Below, piece after piece: positions 13,764-22,154 of a DNA stretch of 29,262 nt (positions are counted from its first letter, which is position 1; the number at the start of each line of letters is the position of its first letter). The stretch comes from Planctomycetota bacterium (lineage in GTDB: Bacteria; Planctomycetota; UBA11346). The stretch spans positions 1 through 29,262 of the forward strand of contig JBBRLJ010000054.1 of the NCBI GenBank assembly GCA_038231435.1, written 5' to 3'. The notes beneath the pieces were generated by a model, which was not told where the DNA came from, did no database searches, and saw nothing but the letters and a program-made list of their open reading frames with translations. The translations under genes were made by a program, and so were the position numbers.

Positions 13764-13811
13764 AAAATGAGTTTTGGCATTCGCCGGAAACGGATCGATG
13801 GACACCTCCAA

Positions 13812-13922
13812 GCCATGACGAGTGATGATGGGACGCATGCTCTACCCACTGAGCTACCGCGGATCTTGCACCGCGGACCGGATTCGAACCGGCGACCGTG
13901 TAGTCCCACCTGCATTCATGAC
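13812..13922 (-). ncRNA. yrlA: Y RNA-like element 2: YrlA-type tRNA mimic (T arm, closed acceptor stem, D arm)
   Basis: Minus strand: GTCATGA ATGC a GGTGGGAC TACAC ggtc GCCGG-TTCGAAT-CCGGT CCGCGG-tgcaagat-CCGCGG TA GCTC-AGTGGGTA-GAGC atgc GTCCCATC atcactcg TCATGGC; lies downstream of rsr. Confidence 0.85.
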
Positions 13923-13951
13923 ACGAAGAGGAGAAAGAGCGTGAGAGGAAA

Positions 13952-14032
13952 GACAGCTCCGGCGACGGCAAGGGATGGCCATGACGGGACAGTTTGGATG
14001 TAGTCGTGACCGCATCCGTCGCCGGAGATGTC
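13952..14032 (-). ncRNA. Y RNA-like element 1: minimal putative Ro-binding hairpin without tRNA domain
   Basis: CTCCGGCGACGG ATGC GGTCACGAC TACA tccaaactgtccc GTCATGGCC atcccttg CCGTCGCCGGAG; same stem-ATGC-stem-TACA scaffold as elements 2 and 3. Confidence 0.7.
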
Positions 14033-14052
14033 GAATGCTAAGATGGCATTTA

Positions 14053-15609
14053 CTAAAGAGCGATGCGATCGATCTCGCCGACCCAGTGGCCCGGACCCGA
14101 TCCACCTTCAGCGAAGGTCGCGATGGTCGAAAACACCTGGTCGCCGAAACCGCCGACGTTCAGGATGTCGGCGCGATCCGGAGCCTGGACCGTGGCGTTC
14201 GGCGCCAGGTCCACGCACACCAGCTTGGCCTGCGGGTTGCGGCGACGGAACAGCTCCCACTGGGCGAGCAGTTCCGTACCGCGACCACCCGGGCGCGCGT
14301 CGATCCAGGACTCGTTGTCCGAGACCAGAATCACTAGCACTCCCGAGGCCTTGCGGCGGTTCAACTCGGCCAGGGGCGCCGAGCAGTTGGTGCCGCCGCT
14401 CGGCAGCGCGGCCAGCGTCTGCGCGTTGGTCATCACCGAATCGCGCGGATTGAGCCGGGCTTCGACCACGTGATCCGAGAACGGCATGACCTCGGCACCG
14501 TGGTTGCGCCGCACCACCGCCGCCGCCATCAGCGCAGCGACCTGCAGACAGCTCACCGACGTGGTCGAACCGCGGCGATGGCCGGTGATCGGCGAGCGCA
14601 TCGAACCCGAGACGTCCGGGCAGACGAACACCCTACCGGCGTAGGACGGTACGTTCTCGGTCGCCGCCTCCATCGCGTCCTGCAACGCCTCGCGAACCTC
14701 GGCCGGGATGTCCGGACCGCACATGGTGAACGCCACCATGAGCTGATACGGGAACACCCGCGCCTTGGCGATGAGGTCGCGATCGCGCAGGCGCGCCGCG
14801 ATGATGCCGGCCATGCCCGGCTCATCGAACACCCCATGGCGGGCGAAGGTGTTCAGATTCATGCGCGTGGTCTGCCAGGACGCGGTGCGCGCGATGGACG
14901 TCCATGCCCGCGCTCCCAGCTCCAGGCTGGTCAGCATCTGGAACGGCACGTCCGGGATCGGCAGCGAGCGGTCGGCCTTGTAGGCCTCGAACTCGCGTAC
15001 GATCCCCGGCAGATCGCCTGCCTCGTACGGCTTGCCGATAAGCCACGCGTACAGCGCCTTGCGCGCTGGAGTCGTCGGTTTCGGGTGGATCATCTTGATC
15101 AGATCCGCCAGCGACGGGTCATTGCCCACCGAAGCGGCGAACAGCTGCTCGTCGGACAGGGACTGCATCCACGCGCGCACCAGGCGCTTCGGCGCCGACC
15201 CGAGCGACTTCCGCCCGACCACGCCCGAACGCAAGATCTGCACGAAGGTGCGCACCATCTTCGCCGAATCGCAGACCCGGGCGAAGATCTCGCCGAGCAT
15301 GCGCACGTCGCGCGCGGCGAGCACCGCGCAGAGCAGGGCTGGCATGTCCTTCATGTAACCGACATGGCGGGCATGGATCGCCACGCGCGCCACGAACTCG
15401 GTCGGCGCGACGAGCGCCAGCTCGAGCACCGTCGCCAGCTGTGCTTCGGCATCCGCATAGAAGGTGCCGTTCATGCAGCCGGTCGACGCGTACTGGGCGA
15501 GCGCATGGCGCGGGTCGAGTGCGTAGGCGCGGCCACCGGCGGCGTTGACCGTGTCGGTCTTCGGGAGCAGCGCGCCAGCCAGCGAACGGAAAAGGGAGGC
15601 ATTGGCCAT
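14053..15609 (-). CDS. rsr: Ro60 orthologue (TROVE + vWA domain RNA-binding protein)
   Basis: N.AGG.AY...P.HALAQY..TG..NGTFY, MKDMPALL, MVRTFVQILRSG..GRKSLG, RMNLNTFARHGV, vWA DVSGSM, GGTNCSAPL, SDNESW, VGGF; AGGA RBS before ATG 15609. Confidence 0.93.
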   Translation of the reverse strand: MANASLFRSLAGALLPKTDTVNAAGGRAYALDPRHALAQYASTGCMNGTFYADAEAQLATVLELALVAPTEFVARVAIHARHVGYMKDMPALLCAVLAARDVRMLGEIFARVCDSAKMVRTFVQILRSGVVGRKSLGSAPKRLVRAWMQSLSDEQLFAASVGNDPSLADLIKMIHPKPTTPARKALYAWLIGKPYEAGDLPGIVREFEAYKADRSLPIPDVPFQMLTSLELGARAWTSIARTASWQTTRMNLNTFARHGVFDEPGMAGIIAARLRDRDLIAKARVFPYQLMVAFTMCGPDIPAEVREALQDAMEAATENVPSYAGRVFVCPDVSGSMRSPITGHRRGSTTSVSCLQVAALMAAAVVRRNHGAEVMPFSDHVVEARLNPRDSVMTNAQTLAALPSGGTNCSAPLAELNRRKASGVLVILVSDNESWIDARPGGRGTELLAQWELFRRRNPQAKLVCVDLAPNATVQAPDRADILNVGGFGDQVFSTIATFAEGGSGPGHWVGEIDRIAL

Positions 15610-15645
15610 GAGGCATTCCTTCAGTCGGGGGACGAAGGGCATATG

Positions 15646-15660
15646 GCAAGCGGCGTGCCA
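15646..15660 (-). promoter_or_regulatory. Sigma54 -24/-12 promoter for the rsr-Y RNA-rtcB-rtcA operon
   Basis: Minus strand TGGCAC-GCCGC-TTGC matches consensus TGGCAC-N5-TTGC, about 36 bp upstream of the rsr ATG and next to a bEBP gene. Confidence 0.92.
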
Positions 15661-15793
15661 CTGCGGCTGGCGTAGAGGAAATTATACACAAGGCATTATA
15701 CAGCATATATTTGCATGATTTCCCGTGCCCCGGTCACGACGCTGGAGCAGTGTTTTTCTTAGACAATTAGCGCGTGTTTTATAAATATATCGC

Positions 15794-17431
15794 ATGTCCC
15801 ATCGCCCTCTCGTCGCCATCGGCCTGCTCGGTCCCACCCTCGACGATGGCATCGGCGCCAAGCGCTGGACCCGCTGGCGCCCGTCGGTGTCCCTGGCGCA
15901 GCAACCCGACCTGGCCATCGACCGCTTCGAACTGCTGCATCAGCGCGCGTTCGACCGGCTGGGCGAAATCATCGCCGGGGACATCCGCCAGGTGTCGCCG
16001 GACACCGTGGTCAAGCGCCACCACATCGAGTTCACCGATGCCTGGGATTTCCAGGGCGTGTACGCGGCGCTGCATGGATTCGCGCTCGGCTATCCCTTCG
16101 CTCCGGATCAGGAGGACTACCTGATCCACATTGCCACCGGCACCCACGTCGCCCAGATCTGCCTGTTCCTGCTGACCGAATCACGGCACTTGCCCGCCCG
16201 GCTGGTGCAGACTTCTCCTGGCCGCGGCGGCGACGACAAGGAATCGCGCATCGCTGGAACACACGCGATCATCGATCTCGATCTGTCGAAGTACGACAAG
16301 CTCGCCGCGCGCTTCGCCGAGGAGCGTCGCCAGGGCGTGTCGCTGCTGACCTCGGGCATCCCGACCCGCAACGCCGACTTCAGGCGCCTCATCGAGCGGG
16401 TCGAGCGGGTGGCGGCCGCGAGTACCGCGCCGATCCTGCTCACCGGCCCAACCGGCGCCGGCAAGACGCTGCTCGCGCGCCGGATCTTCGAGCTGAAGAA
16501 GGAACGCAACCAGGTGGACGGGGCCTTCGTCGAGGTCAACTGCGCAACCATCCGCGGCGATGGCGCCATGTCCGCTCTGTTCGGCCACACCAAGGGAGCG
16601 TTCACCGGAGCCGCGTCTGACCGCCAGGGCCTGCTCAAGCGCGCCGATGGCGGGCTGCTGTTCCTCGACGAGATCGGCGAACTCGGTCTCGACGAGCAGG
16701 CGATGCTGCTGCGCGCCATCGAGGAGAAGACCTTCCTGCCCGTCGGCTCGGACAAGCCGGTACTCTCGGACTTCCAGGTCATCGTCGGGACCAACCGCGA
16801 TCTCGCGGCGGCGGTGGCAGGCGGGGCGTTCCGTGACGATCTGCTCGCGCGCATCGATCTCTGGTCGTTCCGGCTGCCTTCGCTCGCCGAGCGCCGTGAG
16901 GACATCGAGCCCAACCTCGACTACGAGCTCGAACGCTTCGCGCGCGAACATGGCCGCCGCGTCTCGTTCAACGCCGAGGCGCGCGCCCGCTTCGTGGCGT
17001 TCGCAACCTCGGTGGATGCGCTGTGGAGTGGCAACTTCCGCGATCTCGCCTGCGCGGTCACCCGCATCGCCACGCTGGCACCCGGCGGGCGCATCACCGT
17101 CGACGAGGTCGAGGACGAGATCCGGCGGCTGCGCGCCCGTTGGCGGCAGCCCGTCTCGACCACTGCGGACTCGGTCGTCGAGTTCCTCGGCGCCGCCGGG
17201 GCGGCGGCGCTCGACCGCTTCGATCGCGTGCAACTGGCCGACGTCCTGGATGCATGCCGCTCGGCTCCGTCGCTGTCGGAAGCAGGACGCACGCTCTTCG
17301 CCGTGTCGCGCGCCGAAAAATCACGCGTCAACGATGCCGATCGGCTCGCCAAGTATCTCGCGCGCTTCGGCCTGTCGTGGAAGGGCCTCGTGCGCCAACG
17401 CGAAAGACGAGAGACGCCCGATACCCACTGA
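15794..17431 (+). CDS. rtcR: RtcR, sigma54-dependent activator of RNA repair (CARF-like N-domain, AAA+, HTH)
   Basis: RWRPSVSL, DAWDF..VY, IHIATGTHVAQIC, Walker A GPTGAGKT, GAFTGA, LFLDEIG, W.GNFRDL, NDADRLAKYL. Confidence 0.96.
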   Translation: MSHRPLVAIGLLGPTLDDGIGAKRWTRWRPSVSLAQQPDLAIDRFELLHQRAFDRLGEIIAGDIRQVSPDTVVKRHHIEFTDAWDFQGVYAALHGFALGYPFAPDQEDYLIHIATGTHVAQICLFLLTESRHLPARLVQTSPGRGGDDKESRIAGTHAIIDLDLSKYDKLAARFAEERRQGVSLLTSGIPTRNADFRRLIERVERVAAASTAPILLTGPTGAGKTLLARRIFELKKERNQVDGAFVEVNCATIRGDGAMSALFGHTKGAFTGAASDRQGLLKRADGGLLFLDEIGELGLDEQAMLLRAIEEKTFLPVGSDKPVLSDFQVIVGTNRDLAAAVAGGAFRDDLLARIDLWSFRLPSLAERREDIEPNLDYELERFAREHGRRVSFNAEARARFVAFATSVDALWSGNFRDLACAVTRIATLAPGGRITVDEVEDEIRRLRARWRQPVSTTADSVVEFLGAAGAAALDRFDRVQLADVLDACRSAPSLSEAGRTLFAVSRAEKSRVNDADRLAKYLARFGLSWKGLVRQRERRETPDTH

Positions 17432-17530
17432 GGCGTCCTGGATCGGCGAGCGCCGACCACGACCGAGCCGCATTGGTCCACGCCCGCCGACGCCGCCTTG
17501 TGCCCGCCACCCCAGGCGCTGGAATGAGCC

Positions 17531-18181
17531 ATGGCCCAACCGCAGAAGATCGGAATCCTCGGCTCTGGCGACGTCGGCCGCGCGCTGGCGGCGGGATTGT
17601 CCGCAGTGGGCCATCCGGTGATGGTCGGTTCGAGGGATCCGGCCAAGATCGATGCGTGGATCGCCAGTTCCGGCGCCAAGGTCTCATCGGGCACGTTCGC
17701 GGCCACCGCCGCGTACGCCGAAGTGGCCATCCTGGCGACGCTGTGGAGCGGCACGCAGAACGCGCTGAACCTGGCGAATGCATCCAACCTCGCCGGCAAG
17801 GTGCTGATCGACGCCACAAATCCCCTGGTTTTCGTCGCGAACACGCCGCCGGCCCTGGCCATCGGGCATACCGATTCCGGCGGCGAGCAGGTGCAGCGCT
17901 GGGTGCCCGGCGCCCGGGTGGTCAAGGCCTTCAACACCGTGGGCAATGCGCACATGGTGAACCCGCGATTCCCCGGCGGCCCTCCGGACATGTTCATCTG
18001 CGGAAACGACACGAGCGCCAAGGGCGTCGTCACCACCATCTGCTCCGCCCTCGGCTGGCCTACCATCGACATCGGCGGCATCGATGGATCGCGTCTGCTC
18101 GAGCCGTTGTGCATCCTGTGGGTCAAGCACGGGATGAACTCGGGGTCATGGAACCACGCGTTCAAACTGCTCAGACGCTGA
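17531..18181 (+). CDS. NADPH-dependent F420 reductase-like / dinucleotide-binding oxidoreductase
   Basis: IGILGSGDVG, GSRDP, GKVLIDATNP, SGGEQVQ, VVKAFNT, ICGND. Confidence 0.88.
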   Translation: MAQPQKIGILGSGDVGRALAAGLSAVGHPVMVGSRDPAKIDAWIASSGAKVSSGTFAATAAYAEVAILATLWSGTQNALNLANASNLAGKVLIDATNPLVFVANTPPALAIGHTDSGGEQVQRWVPGARVVKAFNTVGNAHMVNPRFPGGPPDMFICGNDTSAKGVVTTICSALGWPTIDIGGIDGSRLLEPLCILWVKHGMNSGSWNHAFKLLRR

Positions 18182-18398
18182 CGCCGCCGCGACATCCGGC
18201 GCCATCTCCATCATCTCAGCCCCAGCGTCTGCGGAGCCCCCAGAGGACATCGTCCATGGCCGACATGTCCCGATCGGCGTCATCGCTTTCTGCCAGATCA
18301 ACCCAGAGCGCGAGTACACAAAAAAATGCTTCGCTGACGCATCAACCGGCCTGAGCGGTGCAGTCGTCGCGCAAGAATGATGCCCCGCATCGATTGGA

Positions 18399-19457
18399 GT
18401 GACGCACCGTCAACACGGATCCCCTGGTTATAGGGCATCCTTGGACGGTGATCTGATGATGTCCGCGATGGCAGACAGAGCATCAAACACCGCTTGGCGC
18501 CGCGCGCACACATCCTGGTGCCGCGCTTTCATCGGTCGGGCCGCGACCATCTCGATCTGCTTGATGATCATCCTGACGACGGCCCTATCCCTTCCCCGCG
18601 CTGTCTCGGGCGCGGACGAGACCTGGACACGCGTAGACCTCGATGAGATCGCATCCGTGCAGGCGAAGGTCGAGGAGCACGCGGGCACGTTCACGGTCTC
18701 GACCATCCACTATGTGGTCAGGGCCGAGGTCGACGCGCGCTTCACCGCCGAACTCGCCTGCTACCTGGAGCGCTTCGACGCGGCGGCCAACGCCATCCTC
18801 GATCTGCCGCCGATGGAGAATCCCGCCCGGGCGGAAGTCACGGTCTACGCCAGCCAGCTCGCCTATCAGCAGCACCTCGGCAAGAACCTGCAATCGCGTG
18901 GCCAGTTCGACTGGGTGTTCCCCTACAACGGCGATCGCCCGCGCTACACCATCCAAACTTTCGTGGCGAACCAGCGCGAACGCACCTTCACTTCGTTCTG
19001 CCTGCCCATCCTCAATCACGAGGCGACGCACTACCTCCTGCAGCTGCGCGCCGGCCCCAACCACATCCCGAACGCCATCCACGAAGGCGTGGCCACCTAC
19101 ATGCAATCCTGGAACTTCTTCCGTTCGAGCGATTGGAACCGCGGGCACCACGTCTCGGCCTTCCTCGGAGATCTGAAGCGTGCGGTGCTCGGCCGTTCGC
19201 TGCCGTCGATCTCCTTGCTCAGCGTGGCCTCGACCTGGGATGTCGACAATTTCGGACCGCTGACCAATACTCGCTACGCGAGCGCCGAGAGCTTCGTCGC
19301 GTTCCTGCTCGGCGACTCCGGCCGCAAGCAGTTCTTCTCCCGCTTGCTGCGCGAAGCGCTGCACGGCGGCAACATCCACCGCCTGCTGGTCGAGCGCGCC
19401 GGCGCGAGCCTCGAGGAGGATTGGCGCGACAGCCTGGCCCACGCGTTTTCTGGCTGA
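18399..19457 (+). CDS. Putative exported HExxH zinc metalloprotease-like protein (start uncertain, probably further downstream)
   Basis: Hydrophobic signal-like segment; NHEATH followed by HEGVATY (gluzincin-like third ligand) and YASAESFVAFL. Confidence 0.6.
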   Translation: MTHRQHGSPGYRASLDGDLMMSAMADRASNTAWRRAHTSWCRAFIGRAATISICLMIILTTALSLPRAVSGADETWTRVDLDEIASVQAKVEEHAGTFTVSTIHYVVRAEVDARFTAELACYLERFDAAANAILDLPPMENPARAEVTVYASQLAYQQHLGKNLQSRGQFDWVFPYNGDRPRYTIQTFVANQRERTFTSFCLPILNHEATHYLLQLRAGPNHIPNAIHEGVATYMQSWNFFRSSDWNRGHHVSAFLGDLKRAVLGRSLPSISLLSVASTWDVDNFGPLTNTRYASAESFVAFLLGDSGRKQFFSRLLREALHGGNIHRLLVERAGASLEEDWRDSLAHAFSG

Positions 19458-19876
19458 CGGCCTGATCCGTGAGTCTTGAACCGCTCAGGTCTGGATAGCG
19501 CCAGCGGCTCATGTCTCATCTGGCTGCTCACCGAGCACGCTCCGCGATATCGACCGCTGAGGTCCGTCGGAAACGAGCCGATTTCGGAGCGCAGGCTCCT
19601 CGGCTTGGTGACCTATTGGACGAGCAGCGAGGGATGTCATCCGGCTGCTAGCGAAGCCGAGGCACCAAGCGTCCGAGCCCCATGCGCCTAGAGTCGTGAA
19701 CCCTGTTCGACCACCGTGGGCATGGCCGGATTCATAAGCATGGTTGTGAGGCGGACATCGGGCTGATGGCCCAGCGCCAGCCCCATGCCTCATTCTCCTC
19801 CCAACCCCTTCGAGATCCAACGACCCCGGACGATCACTGTAGCATGTTGAAACCCCTCTCCGTAAAGTACTTCAGT

Positions 19877-20272
19877 ATGATGAGCCGCATCTTCATCGCC
19901 GAGGACAACTACAGCGACGCCGTGCTGCTGCGCGAAGCCATGCGCGAGAGCGGCGTGGATGCCAGCTTCGACGTGGTCGAGGATGGCGAGAAGGCCATCG
20001 GGCACTTGCGTGCGCTCGAGAAGACGGACGGACCCTATCCCGATCTGATCGTCCTGGACCTCAACTTGCCCCGGATCCGCGGCCATGAGATCCTGCGCTT
20101 CATCCGAGAGGAAGCCCAGCTCAAGGATATCAGCACGGTGATCGTGACCTCATCCGGGGCGCCCGCCGACCGCGCCCGCTGCGCCTCGGCGGATGCGTAT
20201 TACCTCAAGTGCTCGGACTGGGACGATTGCCTCAAACTCGCACAGGACCTGTCGACGTATCTTCCGCAGTGA
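19877..20272 (+). CDS. Single-domain response regulator (Rcp1/CheY-like)
   Basis: IFIAEDN, PDLIVLDLNLPRIRGHEIL (phospho-Asp), VTSS, YYLK. Confidence 0.88.
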   Translation: MMSRIFIAEDNYSDAVLLREAMRESGVDASFDVVEDGEKAIGHLRALEKTDGPYPDLIVLDLNLPRIRGHEILRFIREEAQLKDISTVIVTSSGAPADRARCASADAYYLKCSDWDDCLKLAQDLSTYLPQ

Positions 20273-20323
20273 TCGCCATTTCTGCTCTTGGCCCCCTGGG
20301 TCGCGGACAGAGTTTCTTGATGC

Positions 20324-21346
20324 GTGGGAGACCCCGCCCAGGATACTACGCCCATGACGCCAGCCACCGCTCCGATACCTTCTGCTGGATCCTCCGCCGG
20401 TGCCGCCGCTCCTGCTACGGAAGCGACCTCCGCTCCAGCCGCGGTGTCCATTTCCGCGACTGAGATTCCCGCCTCCGCCGGAGCGACCGGCACCGCGGCG
20501 GTGCCCCCTTGGGAGCGCTCGTTCTTCTACTGCGCGCCAGGCGAGGCGATGACCCTGATCTGGGTGATCCTGCTGCACGTCTCCACCATCGTCGGCCTGT
20601 GCCTGCTGCCATGGCCGACATGGCAGGTGCTCGCGATCGCCGGCGGCCTGCTGTTCATCGGCGGCCTCGGCACCACGGTGTGCTACCACCGCGCGCTCAC
20701 CCATCGCGCGCTGACCCTCAATCCGGTGGTCGAGAACATCCTCATCTTCTTCACCATGCTGAACGGGTCCGGGCGGCCGCTGTCCTGGGTCGCCAACCAC
20801 CGCCTGCACCACGCCACCAGCGATAGCGACGGCGACATCTCGTCTCCCCGCCAAGGCTTCATGTGGGCGCACCTGCGCTGGCTGTGGCAGGCCGAGCAGG
20901 GCAAGCCCGAGCGCTTCTGCAAGGACTTCACCCAGACCCGTTACCGCTTCTGGCACAACGCCCAGATCCCGGTGCTCGCGCTGTCATTCTTCGGCGGCCT
21001 GCTCTACGCCGTCAGCGGCGCCCCCTTCCTCGAGGTCATGACCTTGTGGCTGTGGGTCGGACCCATCCGCCTGCTGTGGGCGCTGCACACCCAGTGCACC
21101 GTGAACAGCATCTGCCACCTGGGCAAGATCTCACCCGAGCGCGATTCCAGCCTGAACGTCTGGTGGCTGGCGCTCATGCACCTGGGTCATGGTGAGAACT
21201 GGCACGCCAATCACCACGGCGACCAGGCCGATCCCCGCCTCGGCAGGGGCTTCTTCCAGCTCGATCTCGGCTGGTGGACCATCCGCACGCTCAAGCTGTG
21301 CGGACTGGCTTCCAAGATCCGCGTCCGCTCCGCTTCTGCGAAGTGA
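20324..21346 (+). CDS. Membrane fatty-acid desaturase (delta-9 type)
   Basis: Three His boxes HRALTH, HRLHH, HANHH; GFMWAH, VNSICH, GENWH; Ala/Pro/Thr-rich N-terminal extension, start uncertain. Confidence 0.88.
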   Translation: MGDPAQDTTPMTPATAPIPSAGSSAGAAAPATEATSAPAAVSISATEIPASAGATGTAAVPPWERSFFYCAPGEAMTLIWVILLHVSTIVGLCLLPWPTWQVLAIAGGLLFIGGLGTTVCYHRALTHRALTLNPVVENILIFFTMLNGSGRPLSWVANHRLHHATSDSDGDISSPRQGFMWAHLRWLWQAEQGKPERFCKDFTQTRYRFWHNAQIPVLALSFFGGLLYAVSGAPFLEVMTLWLWVGPIRLLWALHTQCTVNSICHLGKISPERDSSLNVWWLALMHLGHGENWHANHHGDQADPRLGRGFFQLDLGWWTIRTLKLCGLASKIRVRSASAK

Positions 21347-21383
21347 TTCTGACTGACCTCGCCTGCCGCTCGCGCGCGGCGGA

Positions 21384-22154
21384 TCAGGTGGAGAGGTCGG
21401 GATCCAGGGCGAAGCCGCCGTCGAGCCGCACCAGCGTTCCGGTCATGTACGAGGATTCGTCGCAAGCCAGGAAGGCGGCCATACGCGCGGCTTCCAGCGG
21501 ATCGCCGGCGCGGCCCATGGGGATCGAGGCCGACGCCTGGCTCTGGATCTGCTCGGACGAGTAGAATTTCCGCTCGCCGTCGGTGTCGAACCAGCCGAGC
21601 GCCACGCCATTCACGCGGATGCGGTCGCGCACCACGCTGCGCGCGAGATGCTTGACCATGTGGTTGAGCGCGGCCTTGCTCAGCGCGTAGGCGAAGCCGG
21701 TGGGATTGACGAATTCGCCCTGGTTGGAGCTGTGGATGACGATCGCGCCGGGCTTGCCGTCGCGCCGCCGCGCGGCGATGAAGCGCTTGGCGAGATCGAA
21801 GTTGCCGACCACGTTGACGCGCAGGGTCTTCTCCATCAGCGCGAGGTCGGTGTCCTCGGGCAGCGCCTTCTTCTGGAAGGCGGCGTTGAGCACCAGCACG
21901 TCGACGCCGCCGCCGGCCTCGGCCGCGGCCCACATGCGCTCGACATCACCGGCGACACCGAGATCCGCCTTGGCGATCCCAGCTCTGCCACCCGCGCCGC
22001 GGATGGCGGATTCGGTTGCGAGCGCGGCCTCGTCGTTGCGCGAATAGTTGATGATGACCTCGGCGCCTTCGCGCGCGAACAGCTCGCAGCAGGCGCGGCC
22101 GATGCCCTGGCTGCCGCCAGTAACGAGGATGCGCTGGCCGGTGAAGCGGGTCAT
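21384..22154 (-). CDS. SDR family oxidoreductase
   Basis: TGGSQGIG, LNAA, YALSK catalytic motif, IRVNGV, YMTG...LDGG; ATG 22154 overlaps the upstream stop. Confidence 0.92.
   Translation of the reverse strand: MTRFTGQRILVTGGSQGIGRACCELFAREGAEVIINYSRNDEAALATESAIRGAGGRAGIAKADLGVAGDVERMWAAAEAGGGVDVLVLNAAFQKKALPEDTDLALMEKTLRVNVVGNFDLAKRFIAARRRDGKPGAIVIHSSNQGEFVNPTGFAYALSKAALNHMVKHLARSVVRDRIRVNGVALGWFDTDGERKFYSSEQIQSQASASIPMGRAGDPLEAARMAAFLACDESSYMTGTLVRLDGGFALDPDLST

Noticed and set aside
13812..13922. Functional tRNA gene
   Set aside because: The T arm precedes the D arm, there is no anticodon loop, and the acceptor stem is closed with no CCA end.
13670..14105. Short ORFs in the rsr-rtcB gap
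   Set aside because: No protein-like features, and they overlap the structured RNA elements.
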